A stretch of DNA of 64,000 nt from Chloroflexota bacterium. Its GTDB lineage: Bacteria; Chloroflexota; Dehalococcoidia; Dehalococcoidales; SURF-40. Every line of letters begins with the position of its first letter. Within the stretch, counting starts at the first letter, position 1. Both the position numbers and the translations under genes were made by a program. Shown in pieces: positions 63,692 through 64,000 of the stretch. Below the pieces are notes generated by a model. That model made no database searches, was not told the origin of the DNA, and saw only the letters and a list, made by a program, of their open reading frames with translations. The DNA is taken from the NCBI GenBank assembly GCA_043803245.1, contig JAZDKE010000013.1, forward strand, positions 4,142-68,141, written 5' to 3'.

Positions 63692-63766
63692 TTTATGAAA
63701 TCTTAACGAAACCTTTATGCCATGTTTATTTTCTTTATCCGGGTCTTTATGACGGCGGAGTAGACT
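63692..63766 (+). promoter_or_regulatory. Phased six-repeat array plus -10 element upstream of the right-edge gene
   Basis: TTTATGAAATC TTAACGAAACC TTTATGCCATG TTTATTTTC TTTATCCGGGTC TTTATGACGGC. Repeats start at 63692, 63703, 63714, 63725, 63734 and 63746 (spacing 11-11-11-9-12). TAGACT lies at 63761-63766. The first repeat is 127 nt from GTG 63819. Confidence 0.7.
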
Positions 63767-63818
63767 TGGAGATAAACGGTAAAGGAAATAGTCGTAAAAA
63801 AAGCGGGGGACGCAGCCT

Positions 63819-64000
63819 GTGAAGGTGGTTTTCGGGTTCCTGGGGGGCATCTTTTTCGGCGGGGTACTGATGGTCATGTTATCCTTCGGGCTGCCGGCGC
63901 TCGCCCAGTCCGATAATACCACCAGCGACAACTTTAGCTTGAGCGACCTCTTACCCGATATCGAGAAAATCTACCGCGATGCCCTGCTGACCCCTTTCCT
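63819..64000 (+). CDS. 5' end of a secreted/membrane protein gene running off the right edge
   Basis: GTG 63819 opens a frame that stays open to the window end. The translation VKVVFGFLGGIFFGGVLMVMLSFGLPALAQSDNTT.. looks like a signal peptide with an ALA-Q cleavage-like site. Confidence 0.5.
   Translation, partial: MKVVFGFLGGIFFGGVLMVMLSFGLPALAQSDNTTSDNFSLSDLLPDIEKIYRDALLTPF

Overview
GC-rich bacterial chromosomal segment with about 70 coding regions. I found no rRNA, tRNA, CRISPR array or recognisable IS or transposase. The housekeeping content includes gltX, rluD, lspA, ispH, plsC, rpsU, class II RNR with nrdR, trmD-rplS, priA, cca, secDF and a T-box-controlled trpEGDCF operon. An mraZ-rsmH-ftsA-ftsZ cluster carries no mur, ftsI or ftsW genes. 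This combination fits a Chloroflexota/Dehalococcoidia-like organism, which is inference from gene content only.

The most interesting regions are:
1. 23.8-31.3 kb: a SipW-type (S26B) signal peptidase next to four paralogous secreted proteins with SipW-cognate-like signal peptides and a shared TasA-like block structure. Adjacent genes encode an atypical LuxR-type regulator, an OmpR-type regulator and a sensor-less histidine kinase. This is a candidate surface-fibre (pilus) system.
2. Three copies of a 65-bp array of six TTTAYG-like repeats with identical 11-11-11-9-12 spacing. Each array starts 127-130 nt upstream of a start codon (the peptidase gene, the LuxR-type regulator/subunit operon, and a secreted-protein gene at the right edge). 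This defines a candidate response-regulator regulon.
3. 12.3-23.8 kb: a phage-like packaging and head gene island (terS-like, terL, portal, scaffold, major capsid, LamG, adaptor-like, BNR/hub protein). No integrase, replication, lysis or tail-tube genes are visible.
4. 6.1-12.2 kb: a HerA-like ATPase and NurA-like nuclease locus, translationally coupled to a patatin-like lipase and split by an AT-rich insertion.
5. Small AT-rich genes wedged into the nrdR-nrdJ and trp operons.

Smaller items include a Trp T-box leader, MraZ boxes, an XRE operator inside a consensus promoter, a dispersed hairpin repeat, a priA frameshift in a G7 tract and two collagen-like lipoproteins. All functional calls rest on motifs read by eye. 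No database search was run.
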